Assembly: GCF_018977255.1 (NCBI RefSeq)
Contig: NW_024704742.1
Location: 7,132,001-7,196,000, forward strand
DNA: 64,000 bases
Source: Callorhinchus milii
Lineage: Eukaryota
Direction of reading: 5' to 3'
How positions within the stretch are numbered: the first letter of the stretch is position 1; every line of letters starts with the position of its first letter. Of the stretch, positions 37,000 through 49,972 are shown in pieces. The notes beneath the pieces were generated by a model that had not been told where the DNA came from, made no database searches, and saw only the letters and a program-made list of their open reading frames with translations. The position numbers and the translations under genes were made by a program.

Positions 37000-37555
37000 T
37001 GGTGTTAGTTTAATTCAGTTGGTAACACTCTTGGCTCTGGGAGTCAGAAGGTTTTGGGTTCAAGCTCCATCGGGACTTGGAACTCACATAGTCTTATTAG
37101 GTTGACACTCCAATATATACCACTCCAAGGATATTGTGCATTGTTCAATGTTCAGTCCTTTGGATGAGATAAAACTGAAGAACTTTTTGTTTGTGGTCGT
37201 TAAAGATACCATTGCATGATTCAAAAGAGAAGAAATTTTCTCCCGGTGTACTGGCCAACAATCCCCCAGATAAAATTGGTCATTCACATGACAGCTATTT
37301 GCAGGACATTACTTTGTGCAAATTGACTGTTGCACTTGCCTGCAAAATCCAGTCACTATACTTAATAGAAAATTTCACCCACAAAATAGAGTCACTGCAC
37401 TTTACAAGGTATCCCGTGAAGCGCTTAGCGACATCTCAAAGACATGATAAAGCGCTGCATCAAGATTCAAAAGATTATAAAATCTTGTGTAGCACTTTGA
37501 GACAGCCTCCCAATGTGAGAGATGCTTTATCAAATGCAAGGATTCATTTATTATA
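37000..37555 (+). mobile_element. Older DeuSINE, full length with extra tails
   Basis: Head CAGTTGGTAACACTCTTGGCTCTGGGAGTCAGAAGG..; two tail copies. Confidence 0.8.
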
Positions 37556-38519
37556 TCCTAGAAATCCAGTACAATATGCAGCAACTTAAATGCTGCTGAA
37601 CAAAACGAGCAGTGTGGTTGTTTTTTTGCGCACAGTTTATGGGTAGCAAAGAGAGGTTGAGTGAAATCCTGATCATCTCTCTGTGACTATTTTCCAGAAG
37701 TCGGACAGAAATGTGTTTTTGTTGTTCATTAAGACTGTAAGTGGTAATTAATGGTTCATGGTATCAATGTGGTGCCCTGTGATCATCTCCCATTACACCA
37801 TCCTGAATAAATAGGCTGTTGCTATGCAACTGCTGGTTTTACTTCCTTAAGAAGATACCTTCTGTATCACACATCACAACAGCCTGCCAATGTTGCTCTG
37901 CATTGCTACCATGCACATATTGGAGAAAATAATTACGTTGCATAGCAAAGTTTCTCACATCATCAGGAACAACAACAGCTTACACTTGCGTGTAACTTAC
38001 GTGCAACTTGAATGAATGAACACACATTCAGCACAGCTTTTAGCAATGCTGCACATTATTTTTCCCATAACGTTTGTACCGTTTCTCTATTCACTCATTT
38101 TCATTAAAAGGGAACCTATTAAAACCTTGTTATTACTAATGGTATTTGGCTCTGATTTTAATATAATAACTGATGTCTCTCTTGTGAATGTGTAATAACC
38201 AGATAGTTTCTGCTCAAACTGTGCAGGCTCTCTTTGTGGAGCAAACTGAAAGACATGTGTAGAATTTGTGCTAAACCTCTTTCCTCCACATTTTGATCTG
38301 TAATATCCATTTAGGGTTTGCAATGCATTTTAAGAGGCTAAATGTGAAGCGGATTTAATGCATGTTTAATGCTACTTATATCTGTTAGCTTAAAAATGAT
38401 GTTACAGTGCATCATTATTTACCATTATGTATCCTAAGTTTGAGTTTGTTTGACCATTAACAATAATATGATAAATAACATGTATATGCTATATATTTTA
38501 AATATATATATATAATATA

Positions 38520-38658
38520 AAATAATAATCCCCAGGAAAATTGGTCATTCACTTTAAGGCAGTTTGTGGAAGATTGCGCTTCACAAATTGACTGCTGTGT
38601 TTGCCCACAAAACACAGTCACATTGTTTTACAGTATATCCTATGAAGCACTTTGAGAC
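38520..38658 (+). mobile_element. SINE 3' part, interrupted at CTTTGAGAC by L2
   Basis: AATTGGTCATTCAC..GAAGCACTTTGAGAC. Confidence 0.75.
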
Positions 38659-38955
38659 CACTCTCGCCCGACTCCATTGGCTCCCTATCCTTCAGAGGAT
38701 CCAGTTCAAGATCCTGGTCCTCACCTACAAAGCCCTCCATGGCTTCGCCCCAACCTACCTCTGCGACCTCCTAACCCCCACCAACCCACCAATTCCCTCC
38801 GCGCAGCCGGCTCTGGCTGCTCCACGTCCCCCGACCCACCCGCCCCACCATTGGCGGGAGAGCCTTCAGCCACTTTGCCCCCAACCTCTGGAATTTCATC
38901 CCTCAATCACTCCCGACGTGAAAGGCGCTATAAAAGTGTAATCTTGTTGTTGTTG
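38659..38955 (+). mobile_element. L2 3' end
   Basis: TLARLHWLPILQRIQFKILVLTYKALHGFAPTYL; tail GTAATC(TTG)n. Confidence 0.88.
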
Positions 38956-40702
38956 GGACGCTCACAGCATAGAAACAACCTTGGTCAAAGCAACAAATTA
39001 CATTTTGTCCATCTGTGACCAGGGCTCCCTCTGTCTCCTCATCCTCCTTTGACTAATTTTATTTTGGGGATTGTTGGCCAGGACACCAGAAATAATTCCC
39101 TTCTCTTTCCAAATCAATATTGATTTTGAGGCAGTAATTCTGAACTGCTAAAAAATTTTAAAGTATGCTTTTATTCAGTCATGATTTGAGTATATTTGGA
39201 TTTCAAATGACATTCATTATTTTTATTTAGAAAACATTAAAAATACATTGCCTCATTTTTTTTTATTATTCATGAAATCCTGTAGCTGATTCAGGGGAGA
39301 TTTACTAAATCCAGATTTGTAAATTTTTAATAAGCAAACAGTAGCTTTGTTTGCGAATCTACATCTGCAGTCAGTTTGTTCCAATTCGTACACATAAGAG
39401 ATGGAGTGAGACGAGGGGAAGAGAGAGAGTGAAAGCCCAGAGAATGTAAATAGTAGTCAAGCAGAAAGAGAGAGGAGAATAGTGTGAATGATTCACCATT
39501 CATCGTATTGCAAAGTTATTCATTAAATTCTTCTTCGAAATGTGAAATCTAATAAAAATTAAAGAGTAAGTGCAGTAATTTGAGGCCCATTGCAGCAATG
39601 TATATAGATAATATAACAAAAAGCAAAAATACTGTTGAAGTTATTTTTCACAGGCATCTATCTCCCTGCAGCAAACGAGCAGTGATAAGTTTGTCACAGA
39701 AATGAATCAAATTCTGTCGAAGAACCTTGAATTCCATCTGCCGATTGACTTATACGTAACTCACACCCTGGCCATTTTCTTTCTGATGGTGGAATTTAAA
39801 ACGTAGAGAAGCTTCTTGTGACCTCAAACGACTTGGGTCAGCTGTGATGCATTTCGCATTGAATGGCTGCCAATGCAGTGTGTCATGCACAAAGAAAGTG
39901 AATGTTGTTAGAGATGGATCACGGGCCCATCCGCACAATTCAAGGCAAGCAGACTATTATTGAGAACTGGCAATTAATGTCAAGGCCAAACTGCCAAGCA
40001 TCATTATTTATGTTGCAAACAGTTTCAGATGTAAAAGCACAAGAAAGCATAAAATACGACTTGATCATTCAGCACCTGAAGTCTGCTTCTTTCTCAGGCC
40101 ATGTAAAATCCAACCAACTGTGAACTCCACGCACATCCGTTCATCTAGTAGTTCTACAAGATTTTTCCCTGGTTTCCCCAATGGTAAATTACACTACGCA
40201 TCCCAGACCAGTTGTCTTCCCTGATGCAAGTTCATGGTCTACAAAAAAAAAACAATAATAAAAAGGTAATCTTCTTTTAAAAAAAAACTCGCTCATCTTT
40301 AATTTGGCAGCTATCACACACAGATCCCCAAAATTAGCAATCTTTGTGCAAAGCGTTTAGAATTGGAGCTTTTATTAGAAATAAACTGAAAAGACTGCTT
40401 TGCAACCAATGTGTGATGGATCTTAAGGTGTGTGTGTTCTGTTGGTAGCAGTCTCGCATCAGAGCTGGAAGATTATTTGCTCAAGACCCACGTCAGGACT
40501 TTGATCACGTACTGTTTAGCCGAGTGGTTCTCAAATAAATCAGTGTGCGGACACCAACACTTACTGCTGCCCGTCACAGTGCTAGTTTTTCCTAAAAACT
40601 AATCATATCAAAAATAAAGGAAATCTGGATATATGCACATCTCAAATGGTTTTCATTTATTTTTGTACACTTGACAAAACACATCTGAGAAAACCTTTTC
40701 AT

Positions 40703-40980
40703 ATAATAATAATCCTTGCATTTGGTACAGCGCCTTTCACGTCAAGACATCTGAAAGTGCTTTCAGGATATATACTCTAAAGTAGATTGACTGTGTATTT
40801 TGTGAGCAAAATGCGACAGCCAATTGTGCACAAACAGCCATGGCGTGAGTGAACCAATTTTACTTGGAGGATTGTTGGCCAGGATACCAGGAAAATCTCC
40901 CTTCACTTTTGAATAGTGTCATGGGATCTTTTAACATCCACCTGAACAGTCAGACAAGACCTTGGCTTAATGTCTCATCC
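40703..40980 (-). mobile_element. Older DeuSINE 3' two-thirds
   Basis: Tail at 40703; GAATAGTGTCATGGGATCTTTTAACATCCACCTGAACAG. Confidence 0.8.
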
Positions 40981-40981
40981 A

Positions 40982-41313
40982 TGTGGAGTCCTGTAGCTCA
41001 GTGGTTAGAGCACTCGCTTTGCAAGCGAGAGACCTGAGTTCAATTCCAGGCAGAGGGCGAAACCTCAGGCAAGTTTCCTTACTCCATACAGAGCCTAATA
41101 ATAATCCCTCCAAAACCATAAACAATAATAAATTGGTCATTTTCAATCTACAACTGTTTGTAGGACATTGCTGTGCGCAATTGGCTGCCGCGTTTCGCCC
41201 ACAAATATACAGTCAATTCACTTTACAGTATATTCTGTGAAGCGCTTTGGGACGTCCTCCCGACGTGAAAAGCGCTATATCAAATGCAAGGATTATTATT
41301 ATTATTATTATAT
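40982..41313 (+). mobile_element. Young SINE short form, full length, L2-like CTCCCGACGTGAAA tail
   Basis: Nearly identical to 56606-56935. Confidence 0.92.
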
Positions 41314-41929
41314 TCACAAAACCTTGCAAAGATAGTAATGTGAACAGCACAATAAATACAGCAACAACTTGCACTTATATAGCACCCTCCATGCAGGGTA
41401 GCATCTCAGAGCACTTAAATGAACACCATTTGAGATGTGCATAGACATTATGAAAAATGAGATGAACGAGCATGGCCTTGAGAAGATGGATGCAAAATGC
41501 AGATTATTGACAACAACATTTACTGCCATCAACACACAATTTCAGTTCAAACCACTTCTTCTGAAGAGATAAAAGAATCTATAAAATATGTGCAGAAGGA
41601 GAGTAAATAGAGAGCAGTGTTAGGTTCGGGATAAAGCAAGAATATCCGTAAATGAGGCAGACTGGATAACTGGTTGTAGTCACACGTGTGAGTGGAGCTA
41701 TTTATTATACTGCGCTGCTGGCTGTGATATATCATTCTATTTATAACATTTACACAGTAGTGTCATTGAGGGCTACAATGCCTGACAATGTCCCACATTA
41801 GATCCACACTCATAAATAATGTCGTAATCCTTGAATTTGATCCAGTGGCTTATCATATCATTGAAACGTCTCAAAAGTGCTTCACAGCATAGTAACATGT
41901 AATGTAGTGCCTGTGTAATTATAGGTGGT

Positions 41930-42028
41930 GGTCGGTGGGATGCATGGAATTCTCAGTTTGGTTTGGATACTCTTAAGCATGGTGATGGGTTTCCGCATGT
42001 GTCAGACACCCGGCTGACCCCCAAAAAT
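41930..42028 (+). mobile_element. Family X 3'-terminal fragment
   Basis: GGTGGGATGCATGGAATTCTCAGTTTGGTTTGGATAC..GTCAGACACCCGGCTGACCCCCAAAAA. Confidence 0.8.
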
Positions 42029-42524
42029 ATGGAACTGAGCTGACATCTAAATGCTCCAACTCTTTGCACCATGGACTGGCTGAGGGCACACGGTCTATAC
42101 TATGAATAACTGATTTAGATTACCCTACAATAACTTGCATTTGTATAACACCCTTCATGCAAGATAGCATCTCAGAGTGCTTAACAGTGCTTAACAGATT
42201 AGGTGCTGAGAAACAGAAAAGGGGAAGGGGACAATCACCATAGGTATGGTGAAAAAGGTAGGTGCTAAAGTGGGATTGAAAGATAAAGAGGGGCGAGATA
42301 GAGTCGTCGGAGGGATTATGACAGGGAACAGGACAGGCGGACAAATATTAGCTTCAGGGGGACAAGGAAGCAGGGGATAGAAGATTGTGATTTGTTCCAA
42401 TAGTTGCAATGCAGCCCTTTCTGTATGGATGCTCGGAGAAGCTTGGCTCGTAATAACATTCACTTGACTTCCCTCGCTGGACATTGGATTGGAGGGAGAA
42501 CACGTTTATGCAAGATTATGTTAT

Positions 42525-42736
42525 CTTTTTCGGGATTAATAATTCCTTAAAAAATAAACCAGTCACTCAATCCACAGCTGTTTGTGGGACACCAGTGTAT
42601 GCAATCGGCTGCCACGTTTTGCCCGCAAAATATACAGTCAATTCACTTTAGAGTATATTCTGTGAAGCGCTTTGAGACGTCGCGAAGACGTGATAAGGGA
42701 CAATATCAAATGCAAGAATTATTATTATTATTATTT
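42525..42736 (+). mobile_element. Young SINE 3' half
   Basis: AATAATTCCTTAAAAAA..GACGTGATAAGG..(ATT)n. Confidence 0.85.
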
Positions 42737-43164
42737 TAAGATTATGCCAAAATTGGAGAAAGATTAACCTGACACTCAGTGCCGTGGTCAGAGGTCTGTT
42801 TGTGGGAGGACACGTTGTGACAAAATAGAGTCTGAACTCACGTATTCCCCTATCAAGAGTTAAAACTTCTTATATGGAGCTGCAACCTCATTCCAAAGGT
42901 CTACATCAGGAAATTGACTGTATAAAGTTGCTTCCTGTGTTATCTTGGTTTCACTCGCAAACGGCCAGCTGGTCGGAATGAGTGTCTATGGGGGATGGGA
43001 GGCTGGAAGCAGCACACTGACTTACAGGTCAGTCTTCATTCGCTGCTGCTAATTAAGTAATAGGAACAAATTGATGCGTTTTCTACTTAATCCGCTCCTC
43101 GTCCTAATTTAACAGAACGAATGGATGAAGAAACAAAGGCAAATTTTACCCCTGCTAAACCAAG

Positions 43165-43392
43165 GGCCCCACATCTGCCTATTCTGGTGGCCGTTAAAGA
43201 TCCCACGGCACTATTCAAAAAGAATAGGGAGTTGCTCCCAATGTCCTGACCACCACACCCCCCAAATAATCAGTCACTCACTTCATGCTTGTTTGTGAGA
43301 CCTTGCTGGCATGCAATGGCTACTGTGTTTCCCTATAACTGTAATAAATGTGAAGCATCTTAAGACATTTCGTGGTGATAAAGAACTATAAA
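43165..43392 (+). mobile_element. Older DeuSINE 3' part
   Basis: GGTGGCCGTTAAAGATCCCACGGCACTATTCAAAA. Confidence 0.7.
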
Positions 43393-43687
43393 AAAAGCAT
43401 GTTCTTTCTTCCCTTCTGTGCCCCCACATTGATCCACTCAACTCTATAGCAAAGCCGAGCTCCTGTGATGTCTAACCCTAGCACACATCTGTCTGAGTCT
43501 GTTCCAAGTGTGGTCGGTTTATGCGAGCTGCTCACTATCGGTTCTAACACTACCGATTCACAGATGAAGTGTTTGCAATGCAATAAAAGCTGCAAGTGCT
43601 GACCAACCCACTGTGTAGCTACATCCGTTGCACAGAGCCTTGTGAATTATGTATACATCTGGTAGAAAGTCTGCTTTGCTCCCAGTG

Positions 43688-44337
43688 TGATGGTTCTCAC
43701 CCCCTTTTGTGTACTAGGTGGCCTCTGTGTTCGATCCCTCTCTAGGAATACAAGTCCCTATAGTTCAGGTGTACTTCACCAGTGAGAGTTACCCCTATGA
43801 CAGGTATTGCCAATTGTCATTTACTTTACAGCGAATTGGGGAGCTTCTGTCAGCAGTCTATCCCACTGGCAGACTGTGACATAGGCTCAATCTGTTCATG
43901 TGTCTTCTCCTTCCAGATTGATTACAGAGACTCGAGAAAGCACAGTCAATAAAACTCAACGGAATTTTATTGGAACACAACTCAAAGCATTAGAGACTTA
44001 AACACTTCCCAATAAATCGGATAAATACGACGCCAAGAAATAGCAAACACTAAACACGCTTTAACTAAACAGCAGCTAGCAATCAATTTACAATAAGTTA
44101 GTGACAGAATGCATGAATAAACAACTCCTGACTTGAGGACTACTCCTCAGTAACAATCAGGCACCTACCTCTGGTGTCATCAGGTTAACAGTGACCTCCT
44201 ACACCATGTGCTCGCATCTTTTATAGTCATTGAGCCCCTTTCCTGATAAGGAATGCCCAATGATAATTTACTTTTTTACGGTCCAATGAGATCCATGAAC
44301 TAATTGCCCAATCCACTGGGATAACAATATATCATCA
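43688..44337 (-). mobile_element. Candidate solo LTR (650 bp)
   Basis: TGATG..CATCA termini; on the minus strand three CCAAT boxes, then TATAAAA (44219-44225), then AATAAA (43966-43971). Confidence 0.55.
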
Positions 44338-44454
44338 GTGGCCCCACCAAATTGTTGCGATTGAGGTTGAGTCTGACATGTTGGAACTAAAAGTTTAATT
44401 CCTTAAATAAAAACCATTCTAGAAGGATTTAAACTTATTAATAAATAAATGATA

Positions 44455-44640
44455 CTAATTTGGTCACTCAATCCATGACTGTTTGTAGGACACTGCCTTG
44501 CTCAATCGGCTGCCGCAATTCGCCCACAAAGTACACATTCAATTTACTTTACAGTATATTGTGTGAAGTGCTTTGAGAAGTCTCAACAACGTGATAAGGT
44601 GCTATATCAAACGCAAGGATTATATATTATTGTATATTAT
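44455..44640 (+). mobile_element. Young SINE 3' half
   Basis: TTGGTCACTCAATCCATGACTGTTTG..GCTATATCAAACGCAAGG. Confidence 0.85.
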
Positions 44641-45024
44641 AACACTGCGCCTTGCGCTAGTTTCACGAGACTTCGGCTTTTCGTTTGTGTCTTTCCCAAA
44701 CGCAGTCATCAAGCTATCAATCGCATACATGCTGGTTGATGCTCTCAATTCTTACAAAAACACTGCAAAACACATTTTAACAGAGGGTAAATGCATAAAA
44801 AACAGGGGTAACCATAACACCAGCTGTTAAAGGGATACAGAGCATTAAACCTGATCAATACTTCTCTTTATGCATCACATAGGGGCTATATTAAAACAGC
44901 TGCACCCATTCCACAGCACACTGTAAAATCGAGTGTTTGAGATGGTTCTTATCCCTAAAACAAGCCAGACTGGTTTCCTCCTATAAATAAATATGCAGCA
45001 CAAACCTATTGTAACCCCTGTGCT

Positions 45025-45365
45025 TACAACACACTACAAATGTACATATGTATAGCGCCCTTCACATCGGAAGGCGTCCCAAGCTGCTTAACAATAATGG
45101 CTTGGCATCTGAACTGCGGATGGGAGCTGGTGGTAGGGTGGGGGGAGATGAGAGAGGGGAAAGATGCCCGAAAGCATGGCCAAAGAGGCAGACTTTGAAC
45201 AAGGTGAGGGAGGGTCGCTGGGTTTCTGAGGGACTCCAGGATGGAGTTCCTGAGAGTGGGGGCAGGTGAGCTGAAAACCCAACCATCAATGGTGGGAGCA
45301 GGTAGGGCGGAGGGTCATAAAGCGGGCTGGTGTCTGCTGAGCGAAGAGAGTGTCCGGGTCGCTGG
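45025..45365 (-). mobile_element. L2 3' end
   Basis: TGTATAGCGCCCTTCACATCGGAAGGCGTCCCAAG.. Confidence 0.75.
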
Positions 45366-45569
45366 GGTTTGGGGAGATGGTCCATCAGATATCCTGGGCA
45401 CATTTAATGGACCATAGAGGAGGCAACCAAGTTCAATTGACACCCGTCAACTGCTTGTGAAGCTATCTCTTCCAAGCCGGGTTCCTGGGCAATTTGCACT
45501 CATTCAACCATCATTTTACTGTACACATATAGGCAAATCTCTGCCAAGGTGCACTGTAAATACAGCATA

Positions 45570-45826
45570 AGGGCCTTCCACCACTCTGCACCCACCCTCT
45601 GGAACTCTATCCTGCAGTCCCTCCGTCTCACCCCCTCCATTGCCACCTTCAAGACCCACCTCAAGACCCTCCTCTTCGACCGTGCTTTCGATCTCCCTGC
45701 TTGCCCCCCCTGCCCTCCACTCTCCCCCACCTCGACCCTCAGCTCGGGTCCGTAGCTCTGTCTGTCCAACGCCTTGGAACGTCCTCCCGACGTGAAAGGC
45801 GCTACACAAATGTAATTTTGTTCTTG
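45570..45826 (+). mobile_element. L2 3' end
   Basis: RAFHHSAPTLWNSILQSLRLTPSIATFKTHLKTLLFDRAF; tail CTCCCGACGTGAAAGGCGC. Confidence 0.88.
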
Positions 45827-46047
45827 TAGAGAAAGCAGCAACATATTGCAGGGAATGAGCAGCAGCTGTTAAGGAGACAGGTTTGTGTGGAGGTGCAAGG
45901 TTTTATGCAGGATTAAAGAGTTGCTTATTGGACTTGACTATATAAAAAAAATCAGTGTATTCTGCGAAGTGCTTTGAGACGTGATAAGCCGCTATATCAA
46001 ATGCAAGGATTATTATTAGTAGTATTATTATGACCGCTCAGCACACG

Positions 46048-46231
46048 TCTCTTTGACCGTGCCTTCAGATCCCCTCTCGACTCTCTACCCCCTCCTCGCT
46101 CCCTCCCTTCCCTCCCCTCACCCTGACCATTTCCCCCCTGCTCGGGTCTCCTGACCCAACTGTCCAGCGCCTTGGGACGTCCTCCCGACGTGAAAGGCGC
46201 TCTATAAATGGAATCTTGTTGTTGTTGTTGT
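46048..46231 (+). mobile_element. Young L2 3' UTR
   Basis: Near-identical to 60960-61140 and to the reverse complement of 29431-29610. Confidence 0.9.
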
Positions 46232-46289
46232 CTGAGTTAAGCAGCACCTTTTTGCCGTGCCCATCCTGGAGCTTGGATGAAAATCACAA

Positions 46290-46480
46290 CGAGAGGAGGA
46301 AGATCACTTCAACCCATTTCATCTCATCCTTGCAGAAAACCCACTCTGCCGTTCTCCCATTGTAAGCTGCTTTTCAATTGAGTCCAATGTCCTGGTCTCC
46401 TGCACCCAATGTGATAATCTGTTCCAGCTGTTGACCACCCTATGAGTAAAGGAATCTTTCCATGAATATAATTCTGTAAC
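46290..46480 (-). mobile_element. CR1 3' fragment
   Basis: Reverse complement encodes ERFLYS.RVVNSWNRL; same family as 27760-28015. Confidence 0.55.
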
Positions 46481-47654
46481 TAGTAAAATACCAGAGTATC
46501 AATTCCAAGGAAATGTCTTGAGAGAGAGAGAGAGAGAAAGAGAGAGACCATTTTATTTCATTAAACGTCTTAATAAATACTTCAGTGTGAGTTTCTGCTT
46601 TGACAGCTGTGTGTTTTTTACTGTGCGAGAGGCGAGGGGATTGGTGCAATTGGTTTATACGCGGTGGAGAAAAACTCTTTTGACTTGTTATCGGTACCTC
46701 AGCAAAATGGTGGTGATAAAACCATTTCCGTGCACTTGCAATTCTGTGCCAATCACAATAAACGGGAGCCCGTAGGCTGAACCCGTCTAGGTTGGTTTTT
46801 GGTTTACAATTCCCATTCATTTTGTAAAACGCCTAAAAATGTAAGCTAATACACCAGGATCTACCATCAGGATCTGACATTCAGGTGCTGACGGACATTC
46901 TGACAGATGGACTCAGGGTCAGTCATACGGATATCCAGTTGGATGAATAAACACTCAGTCCTACAGCCTACCTTTACTGTGACTGTCTGGTTCAGGGATG
47001 TACACCATTGGCAGTATAGGTTTTTGAACCAGCACCATGTCATTTGGTCACCAGTTCTATCCAGACATGTGCAACAACCTAATTGTCAGTTTGGATCAGC
47101 TGGCAGCACCCTCATTTTTTTAGGGGGTCAGGAAGTTGCGCTTTGAGACGTCTCGATAAGGCGCTATACCAAATGCAAGGATTAGGATTATTATTATTAT
47201 TGTTGGGGGTTCAAACACCACATTGGTACTTTAGGTCACACTGACAGTGTAGAACTGGGCAGAGTTGGATTGTCGAAGGTGCCATCTTTCAGATGAAAAG
47301 TTAAACTAAGATCCTTATCTGTCTGTACATTTTAATGTTAAAAGCTCCCATTGCATAATTTGTAAAGAGAAGGGAGTTGTAGTGGCTAAAACATCATCCA
47401 GATGCCATTCACTGTTTGTGGAACCTTTCTGTTTGCAACCTGGCTGCCATGTTTGCCTACAAATGTGCCTTTACTAAACTTGAGATCAATCCACTTTGAA
47501 ACACCTTCTGATGTTCTAGGAGCTGAATTAAATCTGAGGATTATTATATCCTGGAGTGCTCTCAAATTATATACAGACTATCTAAAACTACAAGATAAAA
47601 ATAAAACACAAACAGTTGTCCAATGATACTCTGCGACCACAACAGTTCATAACT

Positions 47655-48700
47655 TAATCATAGGATCACAAGATTGATTTGGACGATGAAGGTCCTTGGG
47701 CCCATCTAATCTCATCCCTCCAGAACATCCACCCCACTGACCCCCCCCCGCCTCCTACCATTGGATCAAGCTGCGTTTTGAATGAGTCCAGCGTCCCAGC
47801 CTTAGCACAGCGCCTTGGGACGTCCTCCCGACGTGAAAGGTGCTCAATAAATGGAATCTTGTTGTTGTTGTTGTTGTTGTTAACTAGCTTCCTGGCAACC
47901 TGTTCCAGTCATTGATTAGCCTCTGCGTAAAGAAAAACTTCCAGGTATCTGTCCTGAAATTGCCCTTTACAACTCTGAACCTATGTCCACTTGTTCTACT
48001 ATCTTGATATATCCTAAAGTATTGCTCTGGGTTTACTTTTTCAATCCCATTTAAAATGTTGTACACCTCTAAGAGGTCTTCTCTGAGTTGCCTTCTCCCA
48101 ATACTGAAAAGCCCCATTACGTCTGATTATTGTTGATAGTTCATTCCTCAAACAATGGGGATTATCCTTGTTGCTGTCCTCTGCACTGTCTTTAGGCTCT
48201 AGGCAGCTCCTTATGTCGCGGTAACCAGAACTGAATGCAGTATTCAAAGTGCGATGTGACCTGAGAATGACATCTGGGGATCTGAACTCAACAGACTAAG
48301 CAATATAGCTCAGCGTCTTGTTTGCCTTATGTATTGCTGCCTCACTCTGTTTTGACATAGTGAGCAACGAGTCAACTAACATCCCTAGATCTCTTTCAGC
48401 TTCCCCCTTGGCAAGTTCAATCCCATTAATGGAGTACTGTTTCCTATTCATGGATCTTATATGTGGTACCTTGCATTTGTCAGTATTAAATTTCATTTAT
48501 CAGTTATCAGCCAATTCGCATACAAAGGCTATTAAGCTTTCTTTGTGAGTCTTTTGTTGTCTCTTCTGAGTTCGTTCCAACTCAATGATGTGACAACCTT
48601 ACACATGGTCAGCGAATCCAGGGTCATTAATATATACTAGGAACAGAAAGTGTCCCAGTATAGACCTCTAAGGCACTCCACTTAATGTCTCTCCCCATTT
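47655..48700 (-). mobile_element. CR1 LINE RT/C-terminal fragment, interrupted by an L2 tail (47808-47882, +)
   Basis: MKFNTDKCKV..ERDLGMLVD..HKANK; RRQLREDLLEVYNILNG..RTSGHRF..FFTQRLINDWNRLP; SGVP*RSILG at about 48650-48680. Confidence 0.9.
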
Positions 48701-48827
48701 TCATTTTGACCTAGCTCCTCTACCAAAGACCTATTTTGTTGCCCTTGACACCACACAATTGACTCACGTTCAGGCTCATGTCACCTTATACTGCTCCAAC
48801 ACTGGGTTGAGTCCAAATCACTCAGGG

Positions 48828-49360
48828 TTTTTTTTTGTGCCTGACACATGCGGAATCCCATCACTGTTCTTAAGAGTATCCAAACCAAACTGAGAGTTTC
48901 ATACAACCAAACAATACGTGGAAATTCCAGAGATATTTAATGGAATGGAAGTGCACACTTTTTCCTGGAGGGATGCATCCTGCTTACCGAATTCTGGAAG
49001 TATTAGGTGCAGCTCGGCAAGAGCGAAAGCTTGGGGACTCCAGAGTGTGTGTTGGGGCATTGCTGGAGTCTAACCAGCTAAAACCACATAGCTTACCATT
49101 GGGAGCATTGTCTGGCAAGCTTTCCCACTGCTAGTTCAGCTAGGATCACTTTACCTGATAGGCCTTTGGCTTGCAGGGTTAACAAGAGCAAAATGGGATG
49201 TCTCCCCGACCCCAGGCTGGCTGTCCAATCATCAGCAATGCCCTGGAATAGTATGGACCCATCAGCCTTAGGAACCAGACTACCGAGACCACCACAGAGG
49301 GTGGGTTCAATTTTGACATTTCATTGCAAACATGTCATCTTGGAACCAGTTCAGCTAAAA
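48828..49360 (-). mobile_element. Family X copy, extends furthest 5'
   Basis: CTGACACATGCGGAATCCCATCA..GGCTTGCAGGGTTAA..CATTGCAAACATGTCATCTTGGA. Confidence 0.8.
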
Positions 49361-49726
49361 GGTTAACTGCGGGGTGAGGGGCAGGGGGAGTGGGAGGGCG
49401 CTGGATAAAGACCAGGAACTGGAAAGCTGTCTGCTGTTGATTTTCAGTCTGTTTCCATCACCCTTTCAGGCAGTGCATTCCCCCACCCCAGCCCCAGGAA
49501 CACAAATACCAGCTATGCATTTTACTCAGGCCAAATTCCCAATTCATTTATTAAACGACTGAAAAATGGTGAATGTTTCCAGCTGATACAATAAATCAGC
49601 CTTTTGTTTGCTGGAAATAACCAATCAAGTAAGACCTATTGCGTAGACCATATGGATGCAGGAATCGCGTAGATTATATGGATGTTTTCTAGCTGCTGGT
49701 GACACTCCTTCCCCCTCTGTGTGTTT

Positions 49727-49972
49727 TTAGAATCATAGAATCATAAAATATTACAGTGTAGAAGGAGGCCATTCGGCCCATCGTGCCTGTGCAGGCTCTT
49801 TGGAAGAGCCACCCAATCAGTCCCACTCCCCCACTCTTTCCTTGTATCCTTGCAATTTTTTCTTTTTCAAGTACCTATCTAATTCTCTTTTGTAATTCAT
49901 TATTGAATATGTTTCCGCTACCCTTTCAGGCAGTGCATTCCAGGCTATAACAACTCTCTGTGTAAATTTTTT
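49727..49972 (-). mobile_element. CR1 LINE 3' end with (ATTCTATG)n tail
   Basis: FTQRVVIAWNALPERVAE..KRELDRYLK; TAGAATCATAGAATCATA. Confidence 0.9.
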
